A stretch of DNA of 17,391 bases from Vulcanimicrobiales bacterium (GTDB taxonomy: Bacteria > Vulcanimicrobiota > Vulcanimicrobiia > Vulcanimicrobiales > Vulcanimicrobiaceae): assembly GCA_038215615.1 (NCBI GenBank), contig JBBQQR010000032.1, positions 1-17,391 on the forward strand. The letters run 5' to 3'. The position numbers were made by a program, and so were the translations under genes. The notes below the pieces were generated by a model that searched no databases, was not told where the DNA came from, and worked only from the letters and a program-made list of their open reading frames with translations. Of this stretch, positions 1 through 7,974 are shown one piece after another (positions within the stretch are counted from its first letter, which is position 1; each line of letters opens with the position of its first letter).

Positions 1-59
1 GCAAAATCGCGCGATGAACGCTTGGCAAACGGGATCGGTTCGGGGTAAACTTGTTTCAT
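1..59 (-). CDS. 5' end of an unknown protein (MKQVYPEPIPFAKRSSRDF...), running off the window
   Basis: ATG at 59-57, preceded by AAGGAG at 7 nt spacing; frame open to the window edge. Only about 19 codons are visible. Confidence 0.6.
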   Translation of the reverse strand, partial: MKQVYPEPIPFAKRSSRDF

Positions 60-112
60 GGCGTAACTCCTTAAGGTGTAAGTAATCTTGGAGTTACGCC
101 GCTTTTATTTTA
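60..112 (-). promoter_or_regulatory. Putative -10 box (TAAAAT, 112-107) followed by a 5'UTR hairpin covering the Shine-Dalgarno
   Basis: Perfect 11-bp inverted repeat GGCGTAACTCC (60-70) / GGAGTTACGCC (90-100) with a 19-nt spacer. On the minus-strand mRNA the 3' arm contains GGAG and abuts the ATG. Confidence 0.5.
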
Positions 113-116
113 AAGT
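88..116 (+). promoter_or_regulatory. Putative sigma70-type promoter firing into the intergenic region
   Basis: TTGGAG (88-93), 17-nt spacer, TAAAGT (111-116). Confidence 0.35.
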
Positions 117-148
117 CCCCGATTTTCGGGACGACCTCCCGCGGTTAC

Positions 149-266
149 GTTGCCGAGCAATGAGCATGGGAACCTTAGTGGCGACGGTAAGGGGCCATAT
201 GCTTCCGGACATGCGCTACAAGCTGCCGGAAGCGGCTCAAAGCCAGTGCGCCGTCGTGGTGGCAAC
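149..266 (+). ncRNA. Candidate structured non-coding RNA, family not recognised
   Basis: Mutually compatible nested stems: 149-154/261-266, 161-165/235-239, 166-169/195-198, 173-177/188-192 (GCGA loop at 181-184), 201-208/226-233 and 242-245/257-260. Confidence 0.3.
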
Positions 267-270
267 CGGC

Positions 271-801
271 CTAGCCTTGAAGTAGGTCCAACTTTGCAAA
301 AATAATAGCTACGTGAAACCTAAGCCAAGGCACGGCCGGATGTTCGAACGTATCGCCGCTCGCATAGTTGTGCGCGCCGTGCGAATCAAACGCGACAATA
401 GTGCGCTTATCCGGATCGGCGACGAGAACCAGCACGCTCCCGGTTTGGAGATAGCGTTCGATCTTGCGCCGGAGGAACGGAAGGTTATCGGATGGCGAGC
501 GCACCTCGACCGCGATATCCGGGGCAAAAGGTGGTTCGTCGCGTTGCTTTTCGGGGATGGCGCGAAGGCGTTTGAGCGACACGTACGCGACGTCGGGCAC
601 AAATGTTGAATCCGTATCATCAGCGCGTCCAATCTTGAAGCGCCATTCCGTTCCGGCGAAACCGCGATCCGCGGCAAGATCCTCTATGACCCTCCAAAGC
701 GCTCCTTGAACGCCGGCATGGCGAGCCTTCGGGCTCACCTTGGGATAAGCTCGGCCGTCGAGTAGTTCGATCTCGGGTTTGTCTGATAATGTCGTCGCCA
801 T
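271..801 (-). CDS. Uma2 family (DUF820) PD-(D/E)XK endonuclease-fold protein, 176 aa
   Basis: Motifs ELLDG, SP..RH, PDVAYVS, APDIAVEVRSPSD and K..RY...G. GGAG lies 8 nt upstream of the ATG. Confidence 0.9.
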   Translation of the reverse strand: MATTLSDKPEIELLDGRAYPKVSPKARHAGVQGALWRVIEDLAADRGFAGTEWRFKIGRADDTDSTFVPDVAYVSLKRLRAIPEKQRDEPPFAPDIAVEVRSPSDNLPFLRRKIERYLQTGSVLVLVADPDKRTIVAFDSHGAHNYASGDTFEHPAVPWLRFHVAIIFAKLDLLQG

Positions 802-819
802 CGCGGATTCTCCATCCGC

Positions 820-828
820 ATTCTATCA
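820..828 (-). promoter_or_regulatory. Extended -10 promoter for the Uma2 gene
   Basis: TG-a-TAGAAT on the minus strand, ending 18 nt upstream of the ATG at 801. Confidence 0.5.
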
Positions 829-868
829 CGACGGCGGACCGCTTTGGCGAGGGAGCAACGTTAGCGGG

Positions 869-1156
869 CTAGGGGTTTTTCCAAAGATCGGAGACGGGAC
901 GGTTCAGTCCCCGAACGACGCCCAACAGCCGCACGAAAAGCAGCAGTGCGATAACTCCGGTAATGAGTACGGGAAACGGCCAGGGCGGCGCTCGTAACAC
1001 CCATTCTTGGGCAAAGACTCCGAAGACCGCGACCAGTAAACCGGCGTTCCACATCTTGTCGCCTTCGGGGCCCTTGTAGAACATGCCGAAAACCGCCAGC
1101 GCGACGCCAATCGCGACCATGATCGTAAGGTAGTGGACGACATCGCCGACGATCAT
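869..1156 (-). CDS. Small membrane protein, 95 aa, about 3 TM helices, function unknown
   Basis: ATG at 1156 overlaps the upstream TGA (ATGA); three hydrophobic stretches. Confidence 0.7.
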   Translation of the reverse strand: MIVGDVVHYLTIMVAIGVALAVFGMFYKGPEGDKMWNAGLLVAVFGVFAQEWVLRAPPWPFPVLITGVIALLLFVRLLGVVRGLNRPVSDLWKNP

Positions 1157-3102
1157 GGTGCCAAGTATTTCACGAACCAAGCCTCCCAGCGGCGGTAGAT
1201 GTCTTCGATACGTACGGGGTCGCGCGGGAAATGCCCCACCACAGGATAGACGACAAATTGGACCGGCGTTCCCGTCGCCCGGACATCATGGTAAAATTCA
1301 TAAGCCAGCGGCGTCGGCACCCTAAAGTCGCCAGCGTCGCTCATAATCAGTGTCGGCGTTCGAACGCTGAAAGCGTAGCTCAGCGGCGACTCGGCTTCGT
1401 AAAGATTGTATTCGGAAGGGCTCGACCAGGGCGATTTGCCGATGAACTGCGGCGCAAAATCCTTTGAGTCGCTCATCGAATCGTACTGCACCCAGTCGTT
1501 GACTGCCGCGCCGGAGACGGCCGCGCGCCAGCGCCGGTCATTGCCGATCAGCCACGACGTCATCAGTCCGCCTTCGCTCCAGCCCGATACGCCGATGCGG
1601 TTGCCGTCGATCGGCGCGGTAGCCAGAACTCTAGCAAGTCCCGCCTCAATATCGCGTCCCGGGACGCTGGTGATATGCGGTACGGTCGTGCGGGCGTAGC
1701 GCAAGCCCAGGTTGTCGCTCCCGCGATAATTCGGCTGAAAGACGTACCAGCCGTGCGCTGCCATCACTTGCACGAAGCCGGAATACGCCGTGGTCGAAGC
1801 TGAGGTGGGACCGCCGTGAATGTAGAGCACCAGCGGCGCGCGCGACCCATGTGATGTGCCGCTGGGCGGAGACGTCAGCACGCCATCGGCGCTGAGGCCG
1901 TCAAACGTGTGCCATGTCACCGGACGCGTCACGCCCAGACGGTAGCGCGTAATCCAGCCATTGTAGTTTGTGAGGCGAACGGGCGCGCGGGCGTCGGGCG
2001 AAAGCAGATAGAGCTCGGCCGGCCGATCCGGCGCGGTGGCCGTTAATGCAATCGTTCCGTTGTTGGAAACACTCGAGCCGCCCGCGCTAATAACGCCCAG
2101 TGGCAAACGAGCGACGGCTCCCGCGGATGATACGCGGAAGAGGCGTCGTTGCGTCGCGTCGTTGGCTGCGAGCAGAAGCGAACCGTCAGGCATAAACGAT
2201 GCGCCTGCGATGTTGCGATCCAGCAGCACCGTCACGCTTTGCGGGTGCATGCCGGAGGCGTTAGCGAGAGCGACCTCGCTTTGCATAGTCCCGCGCGGAT
2301 TGGCAAACGAAAAGGCGATTTGCCCGGAGGGCCCGCGAACCGGATCGCTTTGCGTCTGCGACAGCTGGGGAAGAGGGGTGAGCGCTCCACTGGTCACGTT
2401 CACGCGGACGAGTTGTCGCGAAAGATACCGGTTGGGATGTTGGCCGCCAACGATGCGAGTCACGAAGACGCTGCGGCCATCGCGCGCGTAAGTGAACCCG
2501 CCGCCGACTCTCCAGTCGCCCGAACCGATGCGCTGCGACTTTCCGCCCGAACTCATGATTTGGTAGAGATATTGCGGGGTTGGAGCCGACTGGTCGGTCC
2601 AGGCCTCGTCGGTTACGTCGAATGCGTCATCGTGGGCTTTAATGGCTTTTGCGTTAGGGGCTTCGATGTGCGCGCTGTAGGCGAAGGCGCGACCGTCAGG
2701 CCTCCAGTCGAATGCATCGACGCCCATGGTTTCGTGGGTGACTTGAAACGGCTCGCCGCCATTCATCGGCAGCACGAAGATCTGCGAGTTTCTTGCAGAC
2801 GCCGGATCGTCCGGATCGACCATGCCGTGCGCAATGTAAGCGAGTTGCGACCCATCCGGCGACCAGTCGATTTGTCCGAGTCCGGTCACATCGTGAAGCA
2901 GCGTACGAGCACTTCGGGTGCGCGTATTGACGAGCACGAGATCGGCCTTTGTCCGGTCTTTGTCGTAATCGTTGCGCCGCACGATCAGAGCGACGTTCTT
3001 TCCGTCCGGGGTTATGTCGGGTGAGGCCAGGCTAACGGTCTTGCGAAGATCGGATAATTTCAGCGTCAGCGCCGGCGGCAAATCTACTGCCAAGAACATC
3101 AT
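1153..3102 (-). CDS. S9 family peptidase (acylaminoacyl/dipeptidyl-peptidase type; beta-propeller plus alpha/beta hydrolase), 649 aa
   Basis: WSPDG/WRPDG propeller repeats, IHGGP, PNYRGS, nucleophile motif GWSEGG, D-FRVP and GH triad residues. Start placed at the ATGA overlap with the upstream stop. Confidence 0.92.
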   Translation of the reverse strand: MMFLAVDLPPALTLKLSDLRKTVSLASPDITPDGKNVALIVRRNDYDKDRTKADLVLVNTRTRSARTLLHDVTGLGQIDWSPDGSQLAYIAHGMVDPDDPASARNSQIFVLPMNGGEPFQVTHETMGVDAFDWRPDGRAFAYSAHIEAPNAKAIKAHDDAFDVTDEAWTDQSAPTPQYLYQIMSSGGKSQRIGSGDWRVGGGFTYARDGRSVFVTRIVGGQHPNRYLSRQLVRVNVTSGALTPLPQLSQTQSDPVRGPSGQIAFSFANPRGTMQSEVALANASGMHPQSVTVLLDRNIAGASFMPDGSLLLAANDATQRRLFRVSSAGAVARLPLGVISAGGSSVSNNGTIALTATAPDRPAELYLLSPDARAPVRLTNYNGWITRYRLGVTRPVTWHTFDGLSADGVLTSPPSGTSHGSRAPLVLYIHGGPTSASTTAYSGFVQVMAAHGWYVFQPNYRGSDNLGLRYARTTVPHITSVPGRDIEAGLARVLATAPIDGNRIGVSGWSEGGLMTSWLIGNDRRWRAAVSGAAVNDWVQYDSMSDSKDFAPQFIGKSPWSSPSEYNLYEAESPLSYAFSVRTPTLIMSDAGDFRVPTPLAYEFYHDVRATGTPVQFVVYPVVGHFPRDPVRIEDIYRRWEAWFVKYLAP

Positions 3103-5204
3103 TTCATCCACCGGTCAAACCAGCCGGCCCACGCCCGAAGCGTTATTTCGCGCCCCACCGGGTCCGTGGCGAAATGCCCATAACGCGGGATGGCAGTGAA
3201 CTTCACCGTCACGCCGCGATCGCGCAGCGCATGATAGAACGTGTACGCTTGCGAGACGGGAACCCGTTGGTCGCGCGTGTCGCTGAGAATCAGCGTCGGC
3301 GTTTTCACGTTATCCACAAACGAGATCGGCGACTCAGCCGCATATGCGGCGCGGCCTGCCGGACTGAACGGCAACACGTTAAAAAACGCTTGGTTAAACG
3401 GTTCGTTGATATCGGAGAGCACCGCTTGCTGATATTGGTCGGTTACCGCCGCACCCATCACCGCAGCGCGCCAGAAGTTCGCATGTCCGATGAGCCACGA
3501 TGTCTGAAGACCCCCGCCGGACCAACCCGAAACGCCGATCCGGGATTCGTCGATCATGCCGGTCGCGCGCAGCGCCGCAACCGCAGCGAGGTTATCGCGT
3601 CCAGGGCCGCTGGCCATATCGCCCACGATCGCTTGCAAGAACGCATCGCCCATGTTGTCGCTTCCGCGATAGTTTGGACGGAAGACAAAATAATCGTGCG
3701 CTGCGAGAATCTGCACGAGCGACAGGCCCTCGAGCCCCGTCATATCCCAGGTCGACGTCGAAATCGGGCCGCCATGGATGTCGAGCACCAGCGGATATTT
3801 GCGTCCGGCGACATAGTGCACGGGATACGTTAGCACGCCGTCGGCCTTCATCCCGTTGTCGAGTTGCCAGGTAAACTCTTCGGACCGCGCAACGGCATAC
3901 TCGCCGATCCATGCGTTCTCGTTGCTGATTTGCCTTGGCGTAGCATTCCCATTTTGAGCGACGTTGCTCACGTAGTAAATGTCAGCCGGACGATTTCGGC
4001 GTAATCCAACAAAGGCTACAGCGTCGCCAACGACCGTCGCATCAGGGCCGAAGTCGAGATCAGCCATCGACACTTTATGGAACTCTGCACGCTCGTTATC
4101 AATCCACAGGGAACCTCGAACTCCATCCGCCGCTGCTAACATTGTGCGGTCTGAGCAGTCGAACCAATGAATATTTCGATCGACTGAACCGACCGAGTCC
4201 AAAGTTGTGGTGGCAATAGGTCTCGTGAAGAAGTCGTTTTGCAAGTATAGAGTACGGTGACGCGGTATAAGCACGCCGATATTCCAATAAATAAAACTAT
4301 TGCTCGAAGGTTCGCGATGGAACCAAGTACCATTTTCAAGCCAGTTTGTCGAAGAAGGCGAGGCTGAGGCCGTGTTCTGGGAAGTCGTAAACACCACATC
4401 CCCATGCCCGTTACGCGGTCCGCATATTTTCGGTTCCGAGTCCGCCCCGAATCCCAAATCAGTGCTGGCTTTGGTTGCCGGGTCGTACGCGTACGTCGTT
4501 TGCGAAACGAAGTGCGCGAAGATCGCACCCGGCTGGCGCTGGTAATAGATCTTTGAGCCATCCGGTGCCCAAACCGGCGCCGAATTCTTCACGACACTCC
4601 ACGTTCCGGATGTTAAGCGAGTCGGTTTCCCGCCGAACGCATCGGCGAGCCACAGGTGCGCCGGCTGTGGAGCCTCCGTGGTGAGATAATCGTTGTCGGT
4701 AATGACGACCGCGTCGAGATGTTTGTCGATCGCTGTTTGGTTTGCGGGGTCGTCGTCGGAGACGAAAGCGAGCGCCAAACTATCTGGCCGCCAAGCATAA
4801 TTTTGTACGCCCGCCTTATTAGTCGTAAGCTGCAGTGAGTCTCCGCCGTTCATCGGCATAACATAGAGTTGCGCGGGTTTTCCGGTTTCGGGAGAAGCCA
4901 GGAAAGCTAACCGCGTACCGTCGGGCGACCATTGCGGGTTGGTGACGCCGATGCGGCCGTGCGTCAAGGTTCGCGCGCCCGTGCCATCGACGTTGACGAG
5001 CACGAGCTCGGAGCGATTGCGGTCGGCGGACCAATCGACCTTGGAACGCACGTAGACGATCTGGCTGCCGCGGGGAGAGATACGCGGCTGGCTCACTGTA
5101 ACGATACGCCGCAGGTCCTCGAAGGTCAGCACGCGCTGCGCGGCCGGCGATGCGGTGGAAGCGACAAGGAATGCGAGCGGAAGAAGAATCAGTGCGCGGA
5201 TCAT
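3099..5204 (-). CDS. S9 family peptidase with Sec signal peptide, 701 aa
   Basis: Start placed at the TAATG overlap at 5204; the longer ORF-track start lies inside the upstream gene. Signal peptide MIRALILLPLAFLVASTASPA, WSPDG repeats, IHGGP, PNYRGS, GWSGGG, D-QRVP, GH. Confidence 0.92.
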   Translation of the reverse strand: MIRALILLPLAFLVASTASPAAQRVLTFEDLRRIVTVSQPRISPRGSQIVYVRSKVDWSADRNRSELVLVNVDGTGARTLTHGRIGVTNPQWSPDGTRLAFLASPETGKPAQLYVMPMNGGDSLQLTTNKAGVQNYAWRPDSLALAFVSDDDPANQTAIDKHLDAVVITDNDYLTTEAPQPAHLWLADAFGGKPTRLTSGTWSVVKNSAPVWAPDGSKIYYQRQPGAIFAHFVSQTTYAYDPATKASTDLGFGADSEPKICGPRNGHGDVVFTTSQNTASASPSSTNWLENGTWFHREPSSNSFIYWNIGVLIPRHRTLYLQNDFFTRPIATTTLDSVGSVDRNIHWFDCSDRTMLAAADGVRGSLWIDNERAEFHKVSMADLDFGPDATVVGDAVAFVGLRRNRPADIYYVSNVAQNGNATPRQISNENAWIGEYAVARSEEFTWQLDNGMKADGVLTYPVHYVAGRKYPLVLDIHGGPISTSTWDMTGLEGLSLVQILAAHDYFVFRPNYRGSDNMGDAFLQAIVGDMASGPGRDNLAAVAALRATGMIDESRIGVSGWSGGGLQTSWLIGHANFWRAAVMGAAVTDQYQQAVLSDINEPFNQAFFNVLPFSPAGRAAYAAESPISFVDNVKTPTLILSDTRDQRVPVSQAYTFYHALRDRGVTVKFTAIPRYGHFATDPVGREITLRAWAGWFDRWMK

Positions 5205-6835
5205 TATGAAAGTCCGTTCTTGGAGCAGCACTCGAGTACGCTTTTGAGATTGCGTGCATGCGGCGGCCAAAGCAGATACAGCGCTGCGCCGAGGCGTTCC
5301 AGGCCAGAGGCAGCCGGACGTTCGAGCACCTTCATGGTTTTTTCGTCGCCGGGAAGTCCGGCCAGCGTCGCTTGAAAGGCTCGCGTGTTGGCATAGTTGG
5401 TCGCTTCCGCGAAGCTCGTTCCGATTTGACGGCCCTCCGGCGTGCTGAGTTCTGTTGCGCCCTCTAAGTATTCGGCACCGTTTGCAAAGTAGCCCATCTG
5501 GCCGCCGGCTACGAGCGGCGTCATCACGACGTTGCGCAAATGCGGCGGCGCAGGGTCGCCAAACGTAAACTCCCAGCGGTTGGGATACCATGTGCCGGAC
5601 GGTGGATAGGCGGCGTCGTTTGAGTTCGTCGCGCGTACCCAATCGGTGACCCTCAATATGCCTTTGATGTCGTGCGTCACCGCTTGCGGATCCATCATCT
5701 TGCCCGCAACCGGAACGGTCATGACGCCCGGTGCGTTCGGACCGGTCTGAAAATAAAATGCGGAATTGGCCGCGGCGTGCATTGCGGCGACTGTTATTTC
5801 ATAATTGTCGTCGAATTGCATCGGGTACGAATCCCAACCGCCCGGACTCGGCGTCGCTAGCAGTGACGCGGCGCGCAGCGGCGCATTCATGGGCGCGCCC
5901 GACGGTAAGAAACCTGTTCCCCACTGGTGATCCATCCAAAAGCTTCCCGACATCAGATCGATGCTGTTCCCATTGATTTCGATCGAGCTGCCGGTCGCGA
6001 GCACAAGGCCGGGGATGGAATAATAGAGCGTTCCGATTCCGGCGCAGCATGGTGCGCAACCCTCGCCACCCTGCAGTAGGATGCCCTTGCCGCTCGAAAA
6101 TGTGAGATCGATTGCAATCGCTGCGTGATCGCCGGTGCCGCGATCCCATCCCTTTGCTTGCAGTCGGAGCGGAAACAGATCGCCTTCCCGCAGCGCCTCG
6201 ATGCTGTTTTTTCCAATACGCCAGCGGAACGGATTGTCGCGAACGTCGATTAAGCCCGTCGTTCCGGCGATGAGAAGCGGAGCCGCACGATAGTGACGGA
6301 AGCCTTCCTCGGTAACTGCCAGGTGCAATTCCATGACCTGGTTCTCGATTTCGCTCAGGCCGAAACGCGCCGCAACTGGGGGCGGCAGCAGTGCCCACTG
6401 CCAAAACATCAGCTCGATGCCGTATGTTTTGCCGTTCGTGCCTTGGGCTGTGCCGACGAAAAAATGCCAGCCGACTTGATGTGTCAATGAGACGCGATGG
6501 TCGCGTGGAAACTGTAAGCCCGCGGTTTCGCCCAACAACTGATAACCTTCGACGGTATCGCTGCCGAGCAGGTTCGACATCACGTAGGCTTGGTGGGCCG
6601 AAAGTGTCGTACAATGTTCGGTGAAGAACTCGTAACGCTCTCGAAAGCTCGGCACGAAGCTGATCGAGCGTTTTATCAAATCCTGGAGATAGCCGCGCAT
6701 GCGTTCGCCGAAGGCCGCGTTCGAATTTTTTGCGCTATTGAGGAATTCAGCGGTTCGCGGCTCTAAGGTCGAGGGATCGAACTTCTCGGTCCAGAGGGCG
6801 CGCGCAATATTATCGGCGGTTTCAGCATCGAGCAC
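5204..6835 (-). CDS. AttH/CrtC-like lipocalin-fold protein (putative hydratase or hydrolase), 543 aa
   Basis: Family-like motifs FPRDH, LYYSIP, G.FWMDHQWG, GWD, SG.WYP.RW and YLEG. GTG start directly below an in-frame TAG. Confidence 0.72.
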   Translation of the reverse strand: MLDAETADNIARALWTEKFDPSTLEPRTAEFLNSAKNSNAAFGERMRGYLQDLIKRSISFVPSFRERYEFFTEHCTTLSAHQAYVMSNLLGSDTVEGYQLLGETAGLQFPRDHRVSLTHQVGWHFFVGTAQGTNGKTYGIELMFWQWALLPPPVAARFGLSEIENQVMELHLAVTEEGFRHYRAAPLLIAGTTGLIDVRDNPFRWRIGKNSIEALREGDLFPLRLQAKGWDRGTGDHAAIAIDLTFSSGKGILLQGGEGCAPCCAGIGTLYYSIPGLVLATGSSIEINGNSIDLMSGSFWMDHQWGTGFLPSGAPMNAPLRAASLLATPSPGGWDSYPMQFDDNYEITVAAMHAAANSAFYFQTGPNAPGVMTVPVAGKMMDPQAVTHDIKGILRVTDWVRATNSNDAAYPPSGTWYPNRWEFTFGDPAPPHLRNVVMTPLVAGGQMGYFANGAEYLEGATELSTPEGRQIGTSFAEATNYANTRAFQATLAGLPGDEKTMKVLERPAASGLERLGAALYLLWPPHARNLKSVLECCSKNGLS

Positions 6836-6879
6836 GACCTCCGCCTACGCTTCGAGGGGAGAAAGCGCCTGCCGGGTCC

Positions 6880-7974
6880 TTATTTTGGGCGGATGCGGTA
6901 GATAGCGCCCGTCATGTCGTCGGCGAGGAAGATGTCGCTTTGCGGGCCGACGGTGATGCCGGTGGGTCGGCCGATACGCTGCTGCGATCCGTCATCTTGA
7001 TAACCGCCTACGAATTGCGTCCATTGCTTCGTTGGATCGTTCCAGTCGACGCCGGTTGAAGGCGAATCGCCGCGCATTGGAACGAAGACGACTGCCGGCG
7101 CCACATACGGCGGTCCGTGCCACGACCCGTGCAGCGTCACAAAAGCGCCGCCTCTGAACCTCGCCGGAAAAACGTATCGCCCGCCGGGGTTCTGCGGGTA
7201 GAAAACCGCGCCGATTGGCGTGGCGTATGCCGGAAAAACGACGCGCGCAACGGCCACTCCGGCACAACCGCTTCCGCGACGGTTTTCATAACATGCCGGC
7301 CAGCCGTAATCGGCGGGCGCATGCGCAGAGATAGCGTCGAAAAGTTCGTACGGATGACCCGCAGCGAGTTCGTCTTGTCCCGCCACGCCCGCCCAAATCG
7401 ATCCGGTGTTTTCGTTCGCTGTCAGCGCGATTGCGTTGCGGATATTCTTTGCGATAACCAGGTACGTACCGCCGGCGACACGGCCGACCGTCGCGCGGGT
7501 TGCATCAACATCGTGACGGCAGGCGTTACACGACGATCCGACGCTCGCGTACAGGGTGCCTTTGGCAATTGCGACCGACGTGGTGACGTGATCGCGCGCA
7601 ATGCCTGACGTTCGCACGGATACAAGCTTTTGCACGGTTCGTGCGCGTAGGTCTCCCGCACGGTAGGCAATCCGCCAAACCGCGAACTGCGTGCCGACGT
7701 AAAGCGCGTTGCCGGCGAAAGCGACGCCGGCGGCCGGCGAGTCGTCGAAATGCGCGAAAACGCGTGGGGTTCCCGCGGATCCGTTCGCGTCGGCACGCGG
7801 GACGATGTAGACGTCCTGCCCCGACGTGCCGACGAAAAGATCGCCGTTTGGTGCGGCCGCGAGCTCACGCGCGCCGTCGATGGTTGCAATTTGCTGGATG
7901 GAGAAGCCGCTTTGAGGCACGGGCGTCGCACCAAGTAACATTGCGGAAAAAGCCGCCGCAAAGAGCGTTTTCAT
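6880..7974 (-). CDS. Secreted PQQ-dependent sugar / L-sorbosone dehydrogenase family beta-propeller, 364 aa
   Basis: Signal peptide; GSSCNAC, IRNA, DYGWPACY, P.G..FY, FP..FRGGAFVTLHGSW, GRPTG and DD..GAIYRI. Confidence 0.85.
   Translation of the reverse strand: MKTLFAAAFSAMLLGATPVPQSGFSIQQIATIDGARELAAAPNGDLFVGTSGQDVYIVPRADANGSAGTPRVFAHFDDSPAAGVAFAGNALYVGTQFAVWRIAYRAGDLRARTVQKLVSVRTSGIARDHVTTSVAIAKGTLYASVGSSCNACRHDVDATRATVGRVAGGTYLVIAKNIRNAIALTANENTGSIWAGVAGQDELAAGHPYELFDAISAHAPADYGWPACYENRRGSGCAGVAVARVVFPAYATPIGAVFYPQNPGGRYVFPARFRGGAFVTLHGSWHGPPYVAPAVVFVPMRGDSPSTGVDWNDPTKQWTQFVGGYQDDGSQQRIGRPTGITVGPQSDIFLADDMTGAIYRIRPK

Noticed and set aside
115..132. Hairpin GTCCC...GGGAC as a minus-strand terminator for Uma2
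   Set aside because: Followed by only three T residues and then an A-run; weak for an intrinsic terminator.
101..270. Known riboswitch or RNA families (cobalamin, ykkC, c-di-GMP-I/II, SAM, 6S, SRP, HDV-like ribozyme, retron msr-msd)
   Set aside because: Only short fragments resemble each family; the core conserved nucleotides or topology are missing in every case.
88..285. Plus-strand 65-aa ORF (or 41 aa from ATG 160)
   Set aside because: No SD and no recognisable motif; it overlaps the Uma2 3' end, and its TTG is the putative -35 box. Not fully excluded.
803..819. GCGGAT-N5-ATCCGC palindrome around the Uma2 SD (CsrA-like GGA loop or operator)
   Set aside because: Only 6 bp, and the predicted TSS falls within or just after the 5' arm; could be chance.
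2149..3833. Long antisense ORFs here and at 10128-11105, 15561-16412 and 16436-17044
   Set aside because: Shadow ORFs typical of GC-rich coding DNA, opposite well-supported genes and without motifs.
5205..5642. N-terminal extension of the 847-aa ORF
   Set aside because: Lies inside the AttH-like gene; the signal peptide and the TAATG overlap fix the start at 5204.
6836..6879. In-frame TAG (6847-6845) upstream of the AttH-like gene as a readthrough or split site
   Set aside because: The upstream frame has no plausible independent start and runs into the neighbouring gene; more simply an intergenic spacer.
869..6879. RiPP biosynthetic cluster suggested by the S9 peptidases
   Set aside because: No precursor peptide, recognised modifying enzyme or exporter is visible in the window.
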